64,000 bases of DNA from an uncultured Thermoleophilia bacterium. Its GTDB lineage: Bacteria; Actinomycetota; Thermoleophilia; UBA2241. Shown piece by piece: positions 49,094 through 60,653 of this stretch. The stretch is taken from NCBI GenBank assembly GCA_963715985.1, contig CAVQSP010000014.1, forward strand, positions 320,001 to 384,000, read 5' to 3'. The number at the start of each line of letters is the position of its first letter. Position 1 is the first letter of the stretch. The translations under genes and the position numbers were made by a program. The notes beneath the pieces were generated by a model, which worked only from the letters and a program-made list of their open reading frames with translations, did not search any database and was not told the DNA's origin.

Positions 49094-52000
49094 GCGCACC
49101 ATCCACGACCTCCGGACGCGCGAGCTGGTCACGAGCGAGCTGGGCACCACGTTCCTCGTCGAGGCATCGGCCGGTACGGGCAAGACGCGCGTGCTCGTGG
49201 ACCGCTACCTGCGCTGCGTTCTTGATGCGGAGCGCGGGGCCGGCGATGTGCGCAAGGTCGCGGCCATCACGTTCACGGAGAAGGCCGCCGCCGAGCTGCG
49301 CCAGCGCATCCGCGAAGACCTCGAGCTGCGCGCCCAGACCGCCCCTGCCGGCTCGGACCTCGCGGCGCGCATCGCCGGTGCGCTCGACGCTCTGGACGAC
49401 GCGCCCATCGGCACCATCCACGGGTTCGCCGGACGGCTGCTGCGCGAGTTCCCCGTCGAGGCGCGCGTCGACCCCGCCTTCGAGCAGCTGGACGAGCTCG
49501 GTGCCGGCCTGGAGCGCGAGCGCCTCTGGGAAGAATGGGTCACGGGCCTCGCCGCGAGCGACGCGGCCGCGTCGCCCGGCCGCAGGCGTCTCTCCAGGCT
49601 TCTGCGTGCGGGGGTGCGGCTCGACTCCGTGCGCACGCTCGCCATCGGGCCAAAGGGCGTGTTCGGCGAGCGGTACGACCTGGACCCGGCGACCCAGCTT
49701 GCGGATCAGCCGGATCTGAGCGCGGGACTCGGGCGCCTTGCCGCACCGCTGCAGGCCCTCGCGGGTTTCTGTGCCGTCGCCTGTCTGGACCCGTCGGACA
49801 AGGGCTATGTGGCCGCCGCAGACCTCGTCGATGCGTGCCGGCGGCTCGCGGACGAGCCGCCGGCCGACCTCGACCAGCTGGCGGCGGCCCTCTACCGCCT
49901 GCCGGTCCGCGAGACGGCCTCAGCGCCGGGGGGTGCCAAGGGCAACTGGGACGCCGCCCGCGGCGGCAAGGACGCCCTTCAGCTGCACTACCAGGCGCTC
50001 GTCGCCGAGGTCGCGGTGCTCCGGGACGCCTATGCGGCCTTCCTCACCGGCCTCGCCGTCGCCGTCGCCGACGAGTTCTCGCGCTGGGCCGGCGGCACGC
50101 AGCTGGCGTTGGGCCGTCTGGACTTCACCGACCTCCTCGGCTGCCTGCGCGACCTCCTCAAGCGCGACATGGGGGCACGGCGGGCGCTCCAGCGGCGGTT
50201 CCGCTACGTGCTGGTCGACGAGTTCCAGGACACCGACCCTCTGCAGGCGGAGATCGTCTTCTTCCTCTGCGAACATGAGCCGCTGGCGACGGAGTGGCAG
50301 GAGGTGGTGCTCGAGCCGGGCAAGCTGTTCGTGGTCGGCGACCCCAAGCAGTCCATCTACCGGTTCCGGCGCGCGGACATCGCCATGTACGACCAGGTCA
50401 AGCGCCTCGTGGCGGCGCAACCGGCCGGCGGGGGCGCGTTCAACGTCATCTCGCCAGAACTTCCGCACCACACCCGCGGTCACCGACTGGGTCAACCGTG
50501 TGTTCGACGGAGTCTTCGAGAGCGACAGGCAGGAGGGCCGCCAGCCGGGCTACGTGCCGGTGCAGCCGTTCCGCCCGCCCGACGGGCACGGCGGGGTCGC
50601 CGTGCTGCTCGGCAGACCGTACACGAGCGCGGCCGGCGAGGCCGAGAGCGCCCGCCGGGACGAGGCCGCCGCCGTGGCGTCACTCCTCCTCGAGATGCAC
50701 GACGGCGCCGGCGAGCGCTGGCAGGTGCAGGATCGCGACGGCGCGCCGGCCGGCGCTGCCGAATCGTGGCGCCCGATCCGCTGGGGCGACGTCGCGCTGC
50801 TCTTCCGCGCCACCACCGGGCTCGAGACCTACGAGCAGGCGTTCCGCGCCGCCGGCGTGCCCTACCGCGTGGAGGGCGGCAAGGCCTACTTCTCGCGTCG
50901 TGAGGTGGACGACGCGCTGCTCTGCCTGCGGGCCGTGGACGACCCCAGCGACGGCCCGGCGGTCTACGGGGCGCTGCACTCGAGCCTGTTCGGCTTCAGC
51001 GACGACGAGCTCTTTCTGTTCTGGGCCCACGGCGGCAGGTTCGAGCTGTACGCCGCCGCGCAGCCGGAGGGGCACGCGGAGATCGTCACCGCGCTGGCCA
51101 CGCTGCGCGAGCTGCACGAGCAGCGCACAGCATGTGAGCCGCACGAGCTGGTTGCGGAACTCGTGCGCCGTACGTGCGCGTACCGAGTTCCTCGCCGGCG
51201 CCGGACCAGGGGCCGCCCAGGCCATCGCCAACCTCGACAAGCTCATCGACCGCGCCGAGGCGTTCGCCGGCGCCGGCGGCGGCGGGCTCGGCGCCTTCCT
51301 TGCGTGGGCAGCCGAGGCCGGAGACGCCGCCGGGGAGCAGGAGTCCCAGGTCGACGACGACGGCGACGTGGTGCACCTGCTCACCATCCACAAGGCCAAG
51401 GGCCTCGAGTTCCCCGTCGTCGTGCTCATCGGCGGCGCCCTCGGGACGGGAGGCGGCAGGGGCGAGCCCATCGTCGACCGCGCCGCGCGCCGTCTGTCGG
51501 TCAAGCTCAAGGTGGAGCTGCCGGGGATGCCGCCTCGCGACCTCGAGCCTCGGGAGTACACGATGCTCAAGGAGCGCGAGGCCGAGATGGAGGCCAGCGA
51601 GATGCGCCGCCTGCTGTACGTCGCGGCCACGCGGGCACGTGACCGGCTGGTGGTGGCGTGCTTCGGCAAGCTCACCAACAAGGACGGCTCGCCCTCCGCA
51701 GTGCTCCTCGGGCCCCTCGCCGGCGTGTTGCCCGAACCGGCGGCCATCACCGAGGCGTTCGACCATGAGGGCATGCTCGTGCTTCCGCCGGGTACGCCGC
51801 CGGACCGCGAGCAGCCGGACACGGCTCCCGACGGCGGCCCTGCTCTGGCCGAGCGCGCTGCGTGGCTGCGAGAGAGGCAGGAGTTGCTGGTCCGAGCCGC
51901 GAGGCCGGCTCTTGCCACGAGCCCCAGCGGCCTCGAGCGCGTCGACGAGGAGGTCCGCACGGGCGGGCCGGGCGCGCCGCCCGGCCGGGCCCGAGCGCTG

Positions 52001-52597
52001 GCTCTGGGCTCGGCGGTCCACCGCGTCATGGAGCTCTGCGACCTTCAGGACGAGGGTACCCTTGCGTCGGCGGCCGCTGCCGCTGCCGCCGAGCTGGGGA
52101 GGCCGGATCTGGCCGAAGACGCGGCGAGTCTCGCCGCCGCCTGCTGGCGTTCCGCTCCCGTCCGCGCGGCCGCCCGCGCCCAGGCCGCGGACCGCGGCGC
52201 CGTGCACCGCGAGCTGCCTCTCGGTGCGCTCGTCGGCGACGTGGTCGTCAATGGCGCCGTCGACCTTCTGTACCGCGACGACGGCGCCTGGGTGGTCGTC
52301 GACTACAAGACCGATCGTGCCGACGAGCCTGGGGTGCTGCTGCAGCGCTACAGCCCGCAGGGCGCCGCTTACGCCGTCGCCGCGGAGGCCGTGCTGGGCC
52401 GCGGCGCCGTGCGTGAGGTCGTGTTCGTGGCGGCGCGCGCCGGCGGCCTCGACGTGCACGTGCCCGTGGACGACGCGCTGCGCGCGTCCGCCGTCACGGA
52501 CATCGCCACTGCCGCCGGCGCCGGTCACGCCGTCGCCGAGCACGAGCTCACGGGCGAGCCCGTCGTCTCCGACCAGGGCGGCGCCGTCTCGGGCTGA
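49083..52597 (+). CDS. AddA/UvrD-like helicase-nuclease (apparent frameshifts ~50450 and ~51180)
   Basis: ASAGTGKT, ITFTEKAAAEL, TIHGF, LVDEFQDT, VGDPKQSIYRFR, TIHKAKGLEF, LLYVAATRARD, VVDYKTD. Confidence 0.9.
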
Positions 52598-52966
52598 CCG
52601 CGCCTCGTGCCCCTCGTGCGGCGGACCGCTTCAGCCGCGCCCCCTTCTCTGCCGATACTCACCCTGGCGCTTGCGCGGGTACCGGTGGAGCCGCGGGGTC
52701 GCCTCCAGAACCCATCCGGATGTGGTACATCCCCGAGAAGCAGACCACGGTGATCGCCTTCTTCAACGAGACCTCGACGTTCACACCGCGCTGTGAGGTC
52801 CGAGGGCAGATGGCCCTGCAGAAGCTGCTGCTCACCGCCTTCGAGGTGATCTGAGCGGCGGCGGCGGTCGCGACCGCGTGCCCCGCGCCGCCGCCGCGAA
52901 CCTCCGCGTGCCTCAAAGCCGCCGGGATGTGGAACACTCGCTCCAGACCACCCAAGGAGAGCGAGC

Positions 52967-53464
52967 ATGGCTACCATCCAGAAGATCACCCCGAACCTCT
53001 GGTTCGACGGCCAGGCGGAGGAGGCGGCGCGCTTCTACGTCTCCATCTTCCGCGACGCCGAGATACGCAAGATCAGCCACTACGGCCCCAACGCCCCCAT
53101 GCCCGAGGGCACCGCGCTCACCGTGGAGTTCACGCTGGAAGGGCAGACATTCACGGCGCTGAACGGGGGTCCGCAGTTCACCTTCAGCCCGGCGATCTCG
53201 TTCATCGTGCACTGTGCGACGCAGGATGAGGTCGACCACTATTGGGACCGTCTCACCGAAGGCGGCGACCCGCAGGCGCAGATGTGCGGCTGGCTCAGCG
53301 ACAAGTACGGAGTGTCGTGGCAGATCGTGCCGGAGGCGCTCGGGCGGTTCATGACCGATCCCGACCCGGCCCGGGCAAGCAGGACGATGCAGGCGATGCT
53401 GCAGATGAAGAAGCTCGACATCGAAGCGCTGCGGCGCGCCCACGATGGGGAGGAGGAGGCCTGA
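52967..53464 (+). CDS. VOC/PhnB-like (3-demethylubiquinone-9 methyltransferase family) protein
   Basis: KITPNLWFD, ALNGGP, CGWLSDKYGVSWQIVP. Confidence 0.92.
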   Translation: MATIQKITPNLWFDGQAEEAARFYVSIFRDAEIRKISHYGPNAPMPEGTALTVEFTLEGQTFTALNGGPQFTFSPAISFIVHCATQDEVDHYWDRLTEGGDPQAQMCGWLSDKYGVSWQIVPEALGRFMTDPDPARASRTMQAMLQMKKLDIEALRRAHDGEEEA

Positions 53465-53466
53465 CC

Positions 53467-54141
53467 GTGGCGCGAAGAGCGTCCGCCGAGCCGGACCCCG
53501 GCGCGGCGTCGGGACTGGGTCTCCCCGCCGGCGACTTCTCGGCCTGGCTCGCGCGCATGCGTGCGGGCCTGCATGAGCACACCGATACCGATGTGCCCTG
53601 CGGCAGCTGCTGCGCCTGCTGTTCCACGTCCCACTTCGTCCACGTGGCGCCGGACGAACGCGACGTGCTGGCGCTCGTCCCGCGCGAGCTCCGCTTCCCC
53701 GCGCCGGGGCTGCCCGCGGGCCACGTCGTGCTGCCGTACGACGAGCGCGGGCGGTGCCCGATGCTGGCGACCGACGGTCGCTGCAGCATCTACGAGCACC
53801 GCCCGCGCACCTGCCGCGTCTACGACTGCCGGGTGTTCGCGGCGGCCGGCATCGACGCCGACCACGACGCCATCACGGCGCGGGCCCGCCGCTGGTGCTT
53901 CGCCTATCCGGCGGAGCAGGACCGCGAGGAGCACCAGGCGGTCGTGGCGGCGGCGCGCTTCCTGCGCGACCACGCCGCCGCCTTCCCTCCCGGATTCGTC
54001 CCGGACGCGCCGCGGCTCGCCGTCCTCGCGGTGGAGGTGAGCAGCCTCTTCCTCGGCCGTCCCGCCGGCGGCGAGGCCGAGCCGCCGGACGCGAGCCTCG
54101 TCGCCGCCATCGAGCGCGCGGCGCAGCGCCTCGTCCCATGA
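53467..54141 (+). CDS. YkgJ-family CxxCxxCC cysteine-cluster protein
   Basis: VPCGSCCACCST, CPML, CSIYEHRPRTCRVYDCR. Confidence 0.85.
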   Translation: MARRASAEPDPGAASGLGLPAGDFSAWLARMRAGLHEHTDTDVPCGSCCACCSTSHFVHVAPDERDVLALVPRELRFPAPGLPAGHVVLPYDERGRCPMLATDGRCSIYEHRPRTCRVYDCRVFAAAGIDADHDAITARARRWCFAYPAEQDREEHQAVVAAARFLRDHAAAFPPGFVPDAPRLAVLAVEVSSLFLGRPAGGEAEPPDASLVAAIERAAQRLVP

Positions 54142-54798
54142 CGTGCGGCCCACACCTGGGTGACGAGATCCCCGCCGGGGAGTTCGCGGCCTGGCTGCGA
54201 GACACGCGCGCGGCGCTCGACGAGAAGCGCGAGGCTGACGTCCCGTGCGGGCCCTGCAACGCCTGCTGTCGCACGGCCCACTACATCCACGTCCGCCCCG
54301 AGGACAGGCGTGCGCTCCGTCAAGCTGCCGCGCGCGTACCTGTCGCCTGCCCCGGACCTGCCGCCGGGCAACCTGGTCCTCGGCTACGACGAGTCCGGGA
54401 GGTGCCCCATGCTCGTGGGCGGCCTGTGCTCGATCTATGCCGACCGGCCGCGCGCCTGCCGCACCTATGACTGCCGGATCTACGCGGCCGCAGGCATCGC
54501 GGCCGACCGGCCGGACATCGACGCCCAGGCGCGGCGCTGGACGTTCGCCTTTCCGTCCGCGCGGGACCGCGAAGAGCAGGCCGCCGTGCGCGAGGCGGTC
54601 GCCTTCATCCGCGAGCACCCGGAGTCGTTCCCCAGCGAGGCGGCCCATCGCCAGCCCCTTCGTGTCGCCGTGCTCGCCGTCGCCGTCCACGAGCAGTTCC
54701 TGCCCGGACGGCACCACGTGTGGCGCCGCGCCGACCCCGACCGTCGCAGGGTCCGTGTCATTGCCGATGCACATGAGCTTCTGTTCGGCGACGGTTGA
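54138..54798 (+). CDS. YkgJ-family paralog (apparent frameshift ~54320)
   Basis: VPCGPCNACCRT, CPML, CSIYADRPRACRTYDCR. Confidence 0.82.
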
Positions 54799-55146
54799 CC
54801 CGTTCCGCGACCCCGCATAGCATCGGCCCTGTCCCCGGCGCCCGCCGGAGGCGCACTGCGACCGAGGAGGCGGTGATGGGCAAAGAGCTCTCCATCCTCG
54901 CGCACGACACGGTCGACCAGCCTCCTCCAGCTTCTCTCCTCTAGCCGCACGCCGCGCGTCCGCCGACGCGCAGCGCGGCTCCCGCACGCTCGCAGCCGGC
55001 GAGCCTCCACCATGCGACCCGTGCCTGTGGGGCTGCCTGTGGCCTCACCGCATCGCATGGTCGAGTCACGCCGCGGGCTGTATATTCCGTATGCATCCAT
55101 GAAAATCGGCGCCGTAGCGCGTTCGATACGCAAAGAGGAGTGAGCC

Positions 55147-56157
55147 ATGATCAAGGTCGCTGAGTGGGGCACCGGCATGATGGGCCAGGGTCTTCTGGGC
55201 TACATCCTGGACCGCCCGAAAGACATCGACCTCGTCGGCGTGATCGTCACCAACCCCGCCAAGGAGGGGAAGACCGTCGGCGAGCTGCTGGACCGCCCGT
55301 GCGACGTCAAGATGACCACCGACTTCGAGGCCGTGCTGGCCAAGAAGCCGGACGTCGTCTGCATCAACACGCAGTCCAACCTGAACGAGATCGAACCGCA
55401 GGTCATCCCGGCGCTCAAGGCCGGCTGCAACGTGATCTGCATCGCCGAGAAGCTCTCCTACCCGTGGGCCAGCGACCCGGAGCGCGCGGACCTGTTCGAC
55501 CGCGTCGCCAAGGCGAACGGTGTCAGCATCCTCGGCACCGGCATCAACCCGGGCTTCGTGCTCGACGCGCTCATCGTCATGTGGAGCTCCATCTGCTTGC
55601 GCGTGGACAGCATCGAGGCCTCCCGCGTCAACGACCTCTCGCCGTTCGGTCCGACAGTGATGGTCGGCCAGGGCGTGGGCACCACCGTGGAGCAGTTCGA
55701 GAAGGGTGTCGCCGACGGCAGCATCGTCGGCCACATCGGCTTCCCCGAGTCCATCGAGCTCATCGCCAGGGCGCTGAACTGGACGATCGACGAGATCGTC
55801 GAGACGCGCGAGCCCATCGTGACCGAGGTGGAGCGCTCCACGCCGCACGTGCACGTGCCAGCGGGCTGGGTCGCCGGCTGCAAGCAGGTGGGCAAGGGCT
55901 ACGTCAACGGTGAGCTCAAGATCCACCTCATCCACCCGCAGCAGATCCACCCCGAGATGGCCGGCCAGGGCACCGGCGACTACATCAAGATCGTGGGCGA
56001 CCCCAACGTGAACATGGTGAACTCCCCCGAGATCCCGGGCGGCAAGGGCACGTACGCCAGCACCGGCAACTACATCCCGCTGATGAAGGACGCAAAGCCC
56101 GGCATGCTGACCGTGGTCGACATGCCGCTGCCGCGCTTCTGGACGCCTACCGCCTGA
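55147..56157 (+). CDS. ord: 2,4-diaminopentanoate dehydrogenase
   Basis: WGTGMMG, ILGTGINPGFVLD, RVNDLSPFGPTVM, GHIGFPES, PEIPGGKGT; upstream of ortAB. Confidence 0.9.
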   Translation: MIKVAEWGTGMMGQGLLGYILDRPKDIDLVGVIVTNPAKEGKTVGELLDRPCDVKMTTDFEAVLAKKPDVVCINTQSNLNEIEPQVIPALKAGCNVICIAEKLSYPWASDPERADLFDRVAKANGVSILGTGINPGFVLDALIVMWSSICLRVDSIEASRVNDLSPFGPTVMVGQGVGTTVEQFEKGVADGSIVGHIGFPESIELIARALNWTIDEIVETREPIVTEVERSTPHVHVPAGWVAGCKQVGKGYVNGELKIHLIHPQQIHPEMAGQGTGDYIKIVGDPNVNMVNSPEIPGGKGTYASTGNYIPLMKDAKPGMLTVVDMPLPRFWTPTA

Positions 56158-56162
56158 GAGGG

Positions 56163-56534
56163 GTGACCGCGTTGACAGACGACGTCCGCGCCCGCGAGGG
56201 CGACTGGGTCGAGGTCGAGGCCACGCTGCTCGACCCTGCCGACCGCAGCACCAACCTGCCGCCGGAGACGGCGGACAAGCCGCTCCGGATGTGGATCAAG
56301 GGCTTCGCCCTGGGCGCAGCCTCTCTGGGCGAAGCCCTCACCGTCGAGACCATGACCGGCCGCCGCGTCGCCGGCGTGCTCTCCGCCGTCAACCCCGGCT
56401 ACTTCATCACCTACGGCAACCCGATCGCGGAGCTCACGCACGTGGGCCGCGACCTGCGCGCCCAGCTCGCGGCCTTCAGGGCGGCAGAGGCCGGCGGCCC
56501 CGGCGGCGCGCCGGCCGCAGGCGGTGAGCGCTGA
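56163..56534 (+). CDS. ortA: 2-amino-4-oxopentanoate thiolase subunit alpha
   Basis: GDWVEV, LPPETADKPLRMWIKG, TMTGR, YGNPIAEL. Confidence 0.9.
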   Translation: MTALTDDVRAREGDWVEVEATLLDPADRSTNLPPETADKPLRMWIKGFALGAASLGEALTVETMTGRRVAGVLSAVNPGYFITYGNPIAELTHVGRDLRAQLAAFRAAEAGGPGGAPAAGGER

Positions 56535-57946
56535 TGGCCACACGATTCGACGCCATCATGGCGCGCCGCGGCGAGATCATGCGCAAGGCCCTGGGCATGG
56601 ACTACGACGAGTTCGAGCTCAGTCCCATCGCCTTCGACTACGAGCGCATGATGGCCGCAGGCGGCTACTCTCTCGAGGAGATCGTCGCCATCCAGGCCAA
56701 GGCCGGCGTCGGCAACACGCCGCTGCTCGAGCTGCGCAACCTCACCGACCTGGTGCGCAGCGTCAGCGCGCCCGGCATGGGTGCCCGCATCTTCGTCAAG
56801 GACGAGGCCGCCAACCTCGCCGGCGCCTTCAAGGACCGCCGCGCCAGCGTCAGCATCCATGTGGCCAAGGCCAAGGGCTACGAGGGCGTCATCGCGGCGA
56901 CGTCGGGCAACTACGGCGCCGCCGTCGCCAGCCAGGCGGCGCGCAACAGCCTCAAGTGCATCATCGTCCAGGAGACCTTCGACAGTCGCAAGGTCGGCCA
57001 GCCGGAGATCCTCGAGAAGGGCCGTATCTGCGAGTCCTACGGGGCGGAAGTGCTCCAGCTCACCGTCGGCCCCGAGCTCTTCTTCCACATGGTCGAGCTC
57101 CTCGATGCCACCGGCTACTTCGCGGCCTCGCTGTACAGCTCGTTCGGGGTGAGCGGCATCGAGACCCTGGGCCTGGAGATCGCCCGCGAGATGGAGGCGC
57201 TCACGGGGGCGCCGCCGACGCACGTCGTGGTCACCCACGCCGGCGGCGGCAACACCACCGGCACAGCTCGCGGCCTCAAGCGCGCCGGCGCCACGCAGAC
57301 GCAGATCGTCAGCGCCTCCGTGGACCTCAGCGGCCTGCACATGGCCAGCGATGACGACTTCAACCGCAAGAGCTTCACCACCGGCCACACCGGCTTCGGC
57401 GTGCCGTTCGCCACCTGGCCGGACCGCGCCGACGTGCCGCGCAACGCGGCCCGGCCGCTGCGCTACATGGACCGCTACCTCACCGTGACGCAGGGCGAGG
57501 TGTTCTACATCACGGAGGCCATGGCCAAGCTCGAGGGCCTCGAGCGCGGCCCGGCCGGCAACACGGCCATGACCGCGGCCGTCAGCCTGGCTCGCGACCT
57601 TCCGCGTGACGCCACCGTGGTGGTGCAGGAGACGGAGTACACCGGCGCCGGCAAGCACCACTGGAGCCAGCTCAACTTCGCCAAGCAGATGGGCGTGGGC
57701 GTGTGCAGCGGGGACCCGAAGAACAACGTCCCGGGCAAGGTCATCGTGATCCCCGAGCGGCTGGAGCAGATCCGCGCCAAGGACTTCGACGTGGCGCGCA
57801 TGCGCGCCAGCTACATCCGCAACGCGCTCAAGAACGCGCCCGAGGGCTACGTGCCCACGACGGACGACATCGCCTTCCTGGCGGTCGACACCAACTCCGA
57901 CGCGGCCGCCGTTGAGGCAACGCTCGCCGGGCTCAGGGAGGCCTGA
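56534..57946 (+). CDS. ortB: 2-amino-4-oxopentanoate thiolase subunit beta (PLP)
   Basis: GVGNTPLLEL, KDEAANLAGAFKDRRA, ATSGNYGAAVASQAA, VVQETEYTGAGKH. Confidence 0.93.
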   Translation: MATRFDAIMARRGEIMRKALGMDYDEFELSPIAFDYERMMAAGGYSLEEIVAIQAKAGVGNTPLLELRNLTDLVRSVSAPGMGARIFVKDEAANLAGAFKDRRASVSIHVAKAKGYEGVIAATSGNYGAAVASQAARNSLKCIIVQETFDSRKVGQPEILEKGRICESYGAEVLQLTVGPELFFHMVELLDATGYFAASLYSSFGVSGIETLGLEIAREMEALTGAPPTHVVVTHAGGGNTTGTARGLKRAGATQTQIVSASVDLSGLHMASDDDFNRKSFTTGHTGFGVPFATWPDRADVPRNAARPLRYMDRYLTVTQGEVFYITEAMAKLEGLERGPAGNTAMTAAVSLARDLPRDATVVVQETEYTGAGKHHWSQLNFAKQMGVGVCSGDPKNNVPGKVIVIPERLEQIRAKDFDVARMRASYIRNALKNAPEGYVPTTDDIAFLAVDTNSDAAAVEATLAGLREA

Positions 57947-57947
57947 C

Positions 57948-58310
57948 ATGGCGCGTGAGGACACCTACCTGCAGATCCGCGGCCACCTGGCCGAGCTCAA
58001 CGACGCCGAGCTGGAGGCCAGGTTCTGGGAGCTGGCGCAGCAGGTCGTCGACCCCTTGGTCGAGCTGGCGCGCACGCACACGTCGCCCAGCATCGAGCGC
58101 TCGGTGCTGATGCGCATGGGCGTGGACTCGCCGACCTGCATGGCCGTGGTCGGCGAGTGCGAGAAGCGCGGCCTGCTCGGCCACGGCGCAGGGCACGTCG
58201 TGCTGCACTGCAGCACGACCTGGGGCTGCGCCGCGCCCGAGGCCGCCCGCCGCCTCGCCGGCGGCGAGGGCTGGGACCTGGCCGAGCAGAAGTGGGGAGG
58301 GGCGCGATGA
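57948..58310 (+). CDS. oraS: D-ornithine 4,5-aminomutase subunit alpha
   Basis: RFWELAQQVVDPL, HTSPSIERSVLMRMG, GLLGHGAGHVV. Confidence 0.92.
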   Translation: MAREDTYLQIRGHLAELNDAELEARFWELAQQVVDPLVELARTHTSPSIERSVLMRMGVDSPTCMAVVGECEKRGLLGHGAGHVVLHCSTTWGCAAPEAARRLAGGEGWDLAEQKWGGAR

Positions 58311-60607
58311 ATACCCCACGTAGCGAGGGTATCGAGCGGGGCGCCGAAGGTGCACCGCTCCGTCTGCCGCCCCTCGACCCCGACGAGAAGCTGGATGTCG
58401 CCGCTCTGCTCGAAGACCTCGAGCACTACCGCCCGCGGCGCAAGGGCTGGCACTGGCGCGAGCTGGTGCCCGACCAGAAGCTCCACAAGTTCGTCTACAA
58501 GGAGACGTCCACGGGCGTCAAGCGCAGCATCCCGCTGCCGGCCGCCCACTACTTCGGCGACATCGACCCGCAGCCCGACTGCGTCGTGACCACGGAGATC
58601 GCCTCCGGGCGCTTCGAGGACGACATCCGCCGCATGCGCATGGCGGCCTGGCACGGCGCCGACCACATGATGGTCATCCGCACGGCCGGGCAGAGCCATA
58701 TGGACGGGCTCCTCGAGGGCACACCCGAGGGCGTCGGCGGCATCGCCGTCACGCGCAAGCAGGTGCGCGCCACGCGCAAGGCGCTCGACCTCATCGAGGA
58801 CGAGGTGGGCCGGCCCATCAACTTCCACTCCTACGTGAGTGGAGTCGCCGGCCCCGAGATGGCCGTGATGTTCGCGGAGGAGGGCGTGAACGGCGCCCAC
58901 CAGGACCCGCAGTACAACGTCCTGTACCGCAACATCAACATGTATCGCAGCTTCGTCGACGCGGCGGTGGCCAAGCACGTGATGGCCAGCGTGCGCATGG
59001 CGCAGATCGACGGCGCCCACAACGCCAACGCCACCGCCGTCGAGGCCTGGAACGTGATGCCCGAGCTGCTGGTACAGCACGCCATCAACTGCGCCTATTC
59101 GGAGAGCGTCGGGATGCCCAGGGAGGACATCTGCCTGAGCACGGTGCCGCCCGACGCGGCGCCGGCGCCTTGCATGCGCATGGACCTGCCCTACGCCGTC
59201 GCGCTCCGCGACTTCTTCGGCGACTACAAGATGCGCGCCCAGGAGAACACGCGCTACATGGAGGCCGACGGCCGCGACGCCACCGTGAGCCACGTCATGA
59301 ACCTCATGATCAGCCGGCTCACGAGCGCCGACATCCAGAGCACCATCACGCCCGACGAGGGCCGCAACGTGCCCTGGCACTACAACAACGTGGCGGCCGT
59401 CAACACAGCCAAGCAGAGCCTCGTCGGCATGGACGGCCTGCGCGAGATGGTCAAGATCGACCGTGAGGCGCCGGAGCTCAGGGCCAAAGTGCGCGAGATC
59501 AAGGAGCGCGCCGTCCTGTTCCTCGAGGCGATGCTGCATGAGGGCGGCTACTTCGCCGCCGTCGAAGAGGCCTACTTCGTCGACTCCGGCATCTACCCCG
59601 AGACGCACGACGACGGCATCGCCCGCAAGAGTGACGGCGGCGTGGCGGCCGGGACCATCGTCGAGCGCGCCGCCGACTACCTCGCCCCCGTGTGCCACCA
59701 CTTCGGCGAGAACCACCTGCCGGAGGGGTACGGCGACGCGTCTTCAGGCGGCGCGACGGCTTCGCCCGCCGCCGCCCACAAGCCCTGCGACCTCATCGGC
59801 GGCTGCACGCTGTGCGACGCCGACAAGGTGCCGTTCATCGACGAGCTCGACCCCGAGGACAACGTCAACGTGCGGCTGGCGCAGACGGCGGAGCTGCGCG
59901 AGAAGGGCCTCATCAAGCCCGAGGTCGAGTGGGCCGCCGACGGCTGGGTGGTGGTCACGCTCTTCCTGCCGGCCGCGCCTCGCGTGGCGCAGGCCGCGGC
60001 CCTCGAGTTCGGCCGCGCCATGAACCTGCACGACTGCGAGGTCATCAACAAGCAGGTCATGCACCCGGCCGAGGGCACGCTGATCGAGATGAAGGGCCGG
60101 CTGGACGCCGTCGTCGACCCGGCCCGCCTGGTGATCCCGCCGGAGCCGGTGGTGATGAAGGACGCGGAGATCAAGGCGTTCGTCACCGAGCGCAAGCTCA
60201 AGTGCGTGGCCGCCACCGTGGGCGAGGACGAGCACTCGGTGGGTATGCGCGAGATCATCGACATCAAGCACGGCGGCCTCGAGAAGTGGGGCTTCGGCTG
60301 CGAGTACCTGGGCACGTCGGTGCCGGTGGAGAAGGTCCTCGACGCCGCCATCGAGCACGCCGCCCAGATCGTCCTCATCTCGACCATCATCACGCACGGC
60401 GACATGCACCGGGACAACATGGAGAAGCTCGCCGACCTGGCCGTGGAGAAGGGCGTGCGCGACAGGCTGCTGCTCATCTCGGGCGGTACGCAGGTGACAG
60501 ACGAGCTGGCGCGAAGCTGGGGCATGGACGCCGGCTTCGGGCGCGGCGCCAAGGGCATCCACGTGGCGTCGTTCATCGTCGAGACGATGCGCGAGCGGGG
60601 GATGTGA
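58307..60607 (+). CDS. oraE: D-ornithine 4,5-aminomutase subunit beta (PLP/AdoCbl)
   Basis: EIASGRFEDDIRRMRMAAWHGADH, ITPDEGRNVPW, B12 motif GEDEHSVG..IDIKHGG. Confidence 0.95.
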   Translation: MNTPRSEGIERGAEGAPLRLPPLDPDEKLDVAALLEDLEHYRPRRKGWHWRELVPDQKLHKFVYKETSTGVKRSIPLPAAHYFGDIDPQPDCVVTTEIASGRFEDDIRRMRMAAWHGADHMMVIRTAGQSHMDGLLEGTPEGVGGIAVTRKQVRATRKALDLIEDEVGRPINFHSYVSGVAGPEMAVMFAEEGVNGAHQDPQYNVLYRNINMYRSFVDAAVAKHVMASVRMAQIDGAHNANATAVEAWNVMPELLVQHAINCAYSESVGMPREDICLSTVPPDAAPAPCMRMDLPYAVALRDFFGDYKMRAQENTRYMEADGRDATVSHVMNLMISRLTSADIQSTITPDEGRNVPWHYNNVAAVNTAKQSLVGMDGLREMVKIDREAPELRAKVREIKERAVLFLEAMLHEGGYFAAVEEAYFVDSGIYPETHDDGIARKSDGGVAAGTIVERAADYLAPVCHHFGENHLPEGYGDASSGGATASPAAAHKPCDLIGGCTLCDADKVPFIDELDPEDNVNVRLAQTAELREKGLIKPEVEWAADGWVVVTLFLPAAPRVAQAAALEFGRAMNLHDCEVINKQVMHPAEGTLIEMKGRLDAVVDPARLVIPPEPVVMKDAEIKAFVTERKLKCVAATVGEDEHSVGMREIIDIKHGGLEKWGFGCEYLGTSVPVEKVLDAAIEHAAQIVLISTIITHGDMHRDNMEKLADLAVEKGVRDRLLLISGGTQVTDELARSWGMDAGFGRGAKGIHVASFIVETMRERGM

Positions 60608-60653
60608 GGCCGGCGGGACCCGGACCGGTACAGCCGACAGGAGGAAGGGGCGC

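Noticed and set aside
45835-52597. Helicase plus PD-(D/E)XK nuclease as a novel defence system or Cas4-related module
   Set aside because: Size, order and motifs fit a standard AddAB/AdnAB-type repair complex.
52720-52854. Short coding-like fragment MWYIPEKQTTVIAFFNE...
   Set aside because: It resembles the C-terminal remnant of a serine-hydrolase gene but is too short to support a call.
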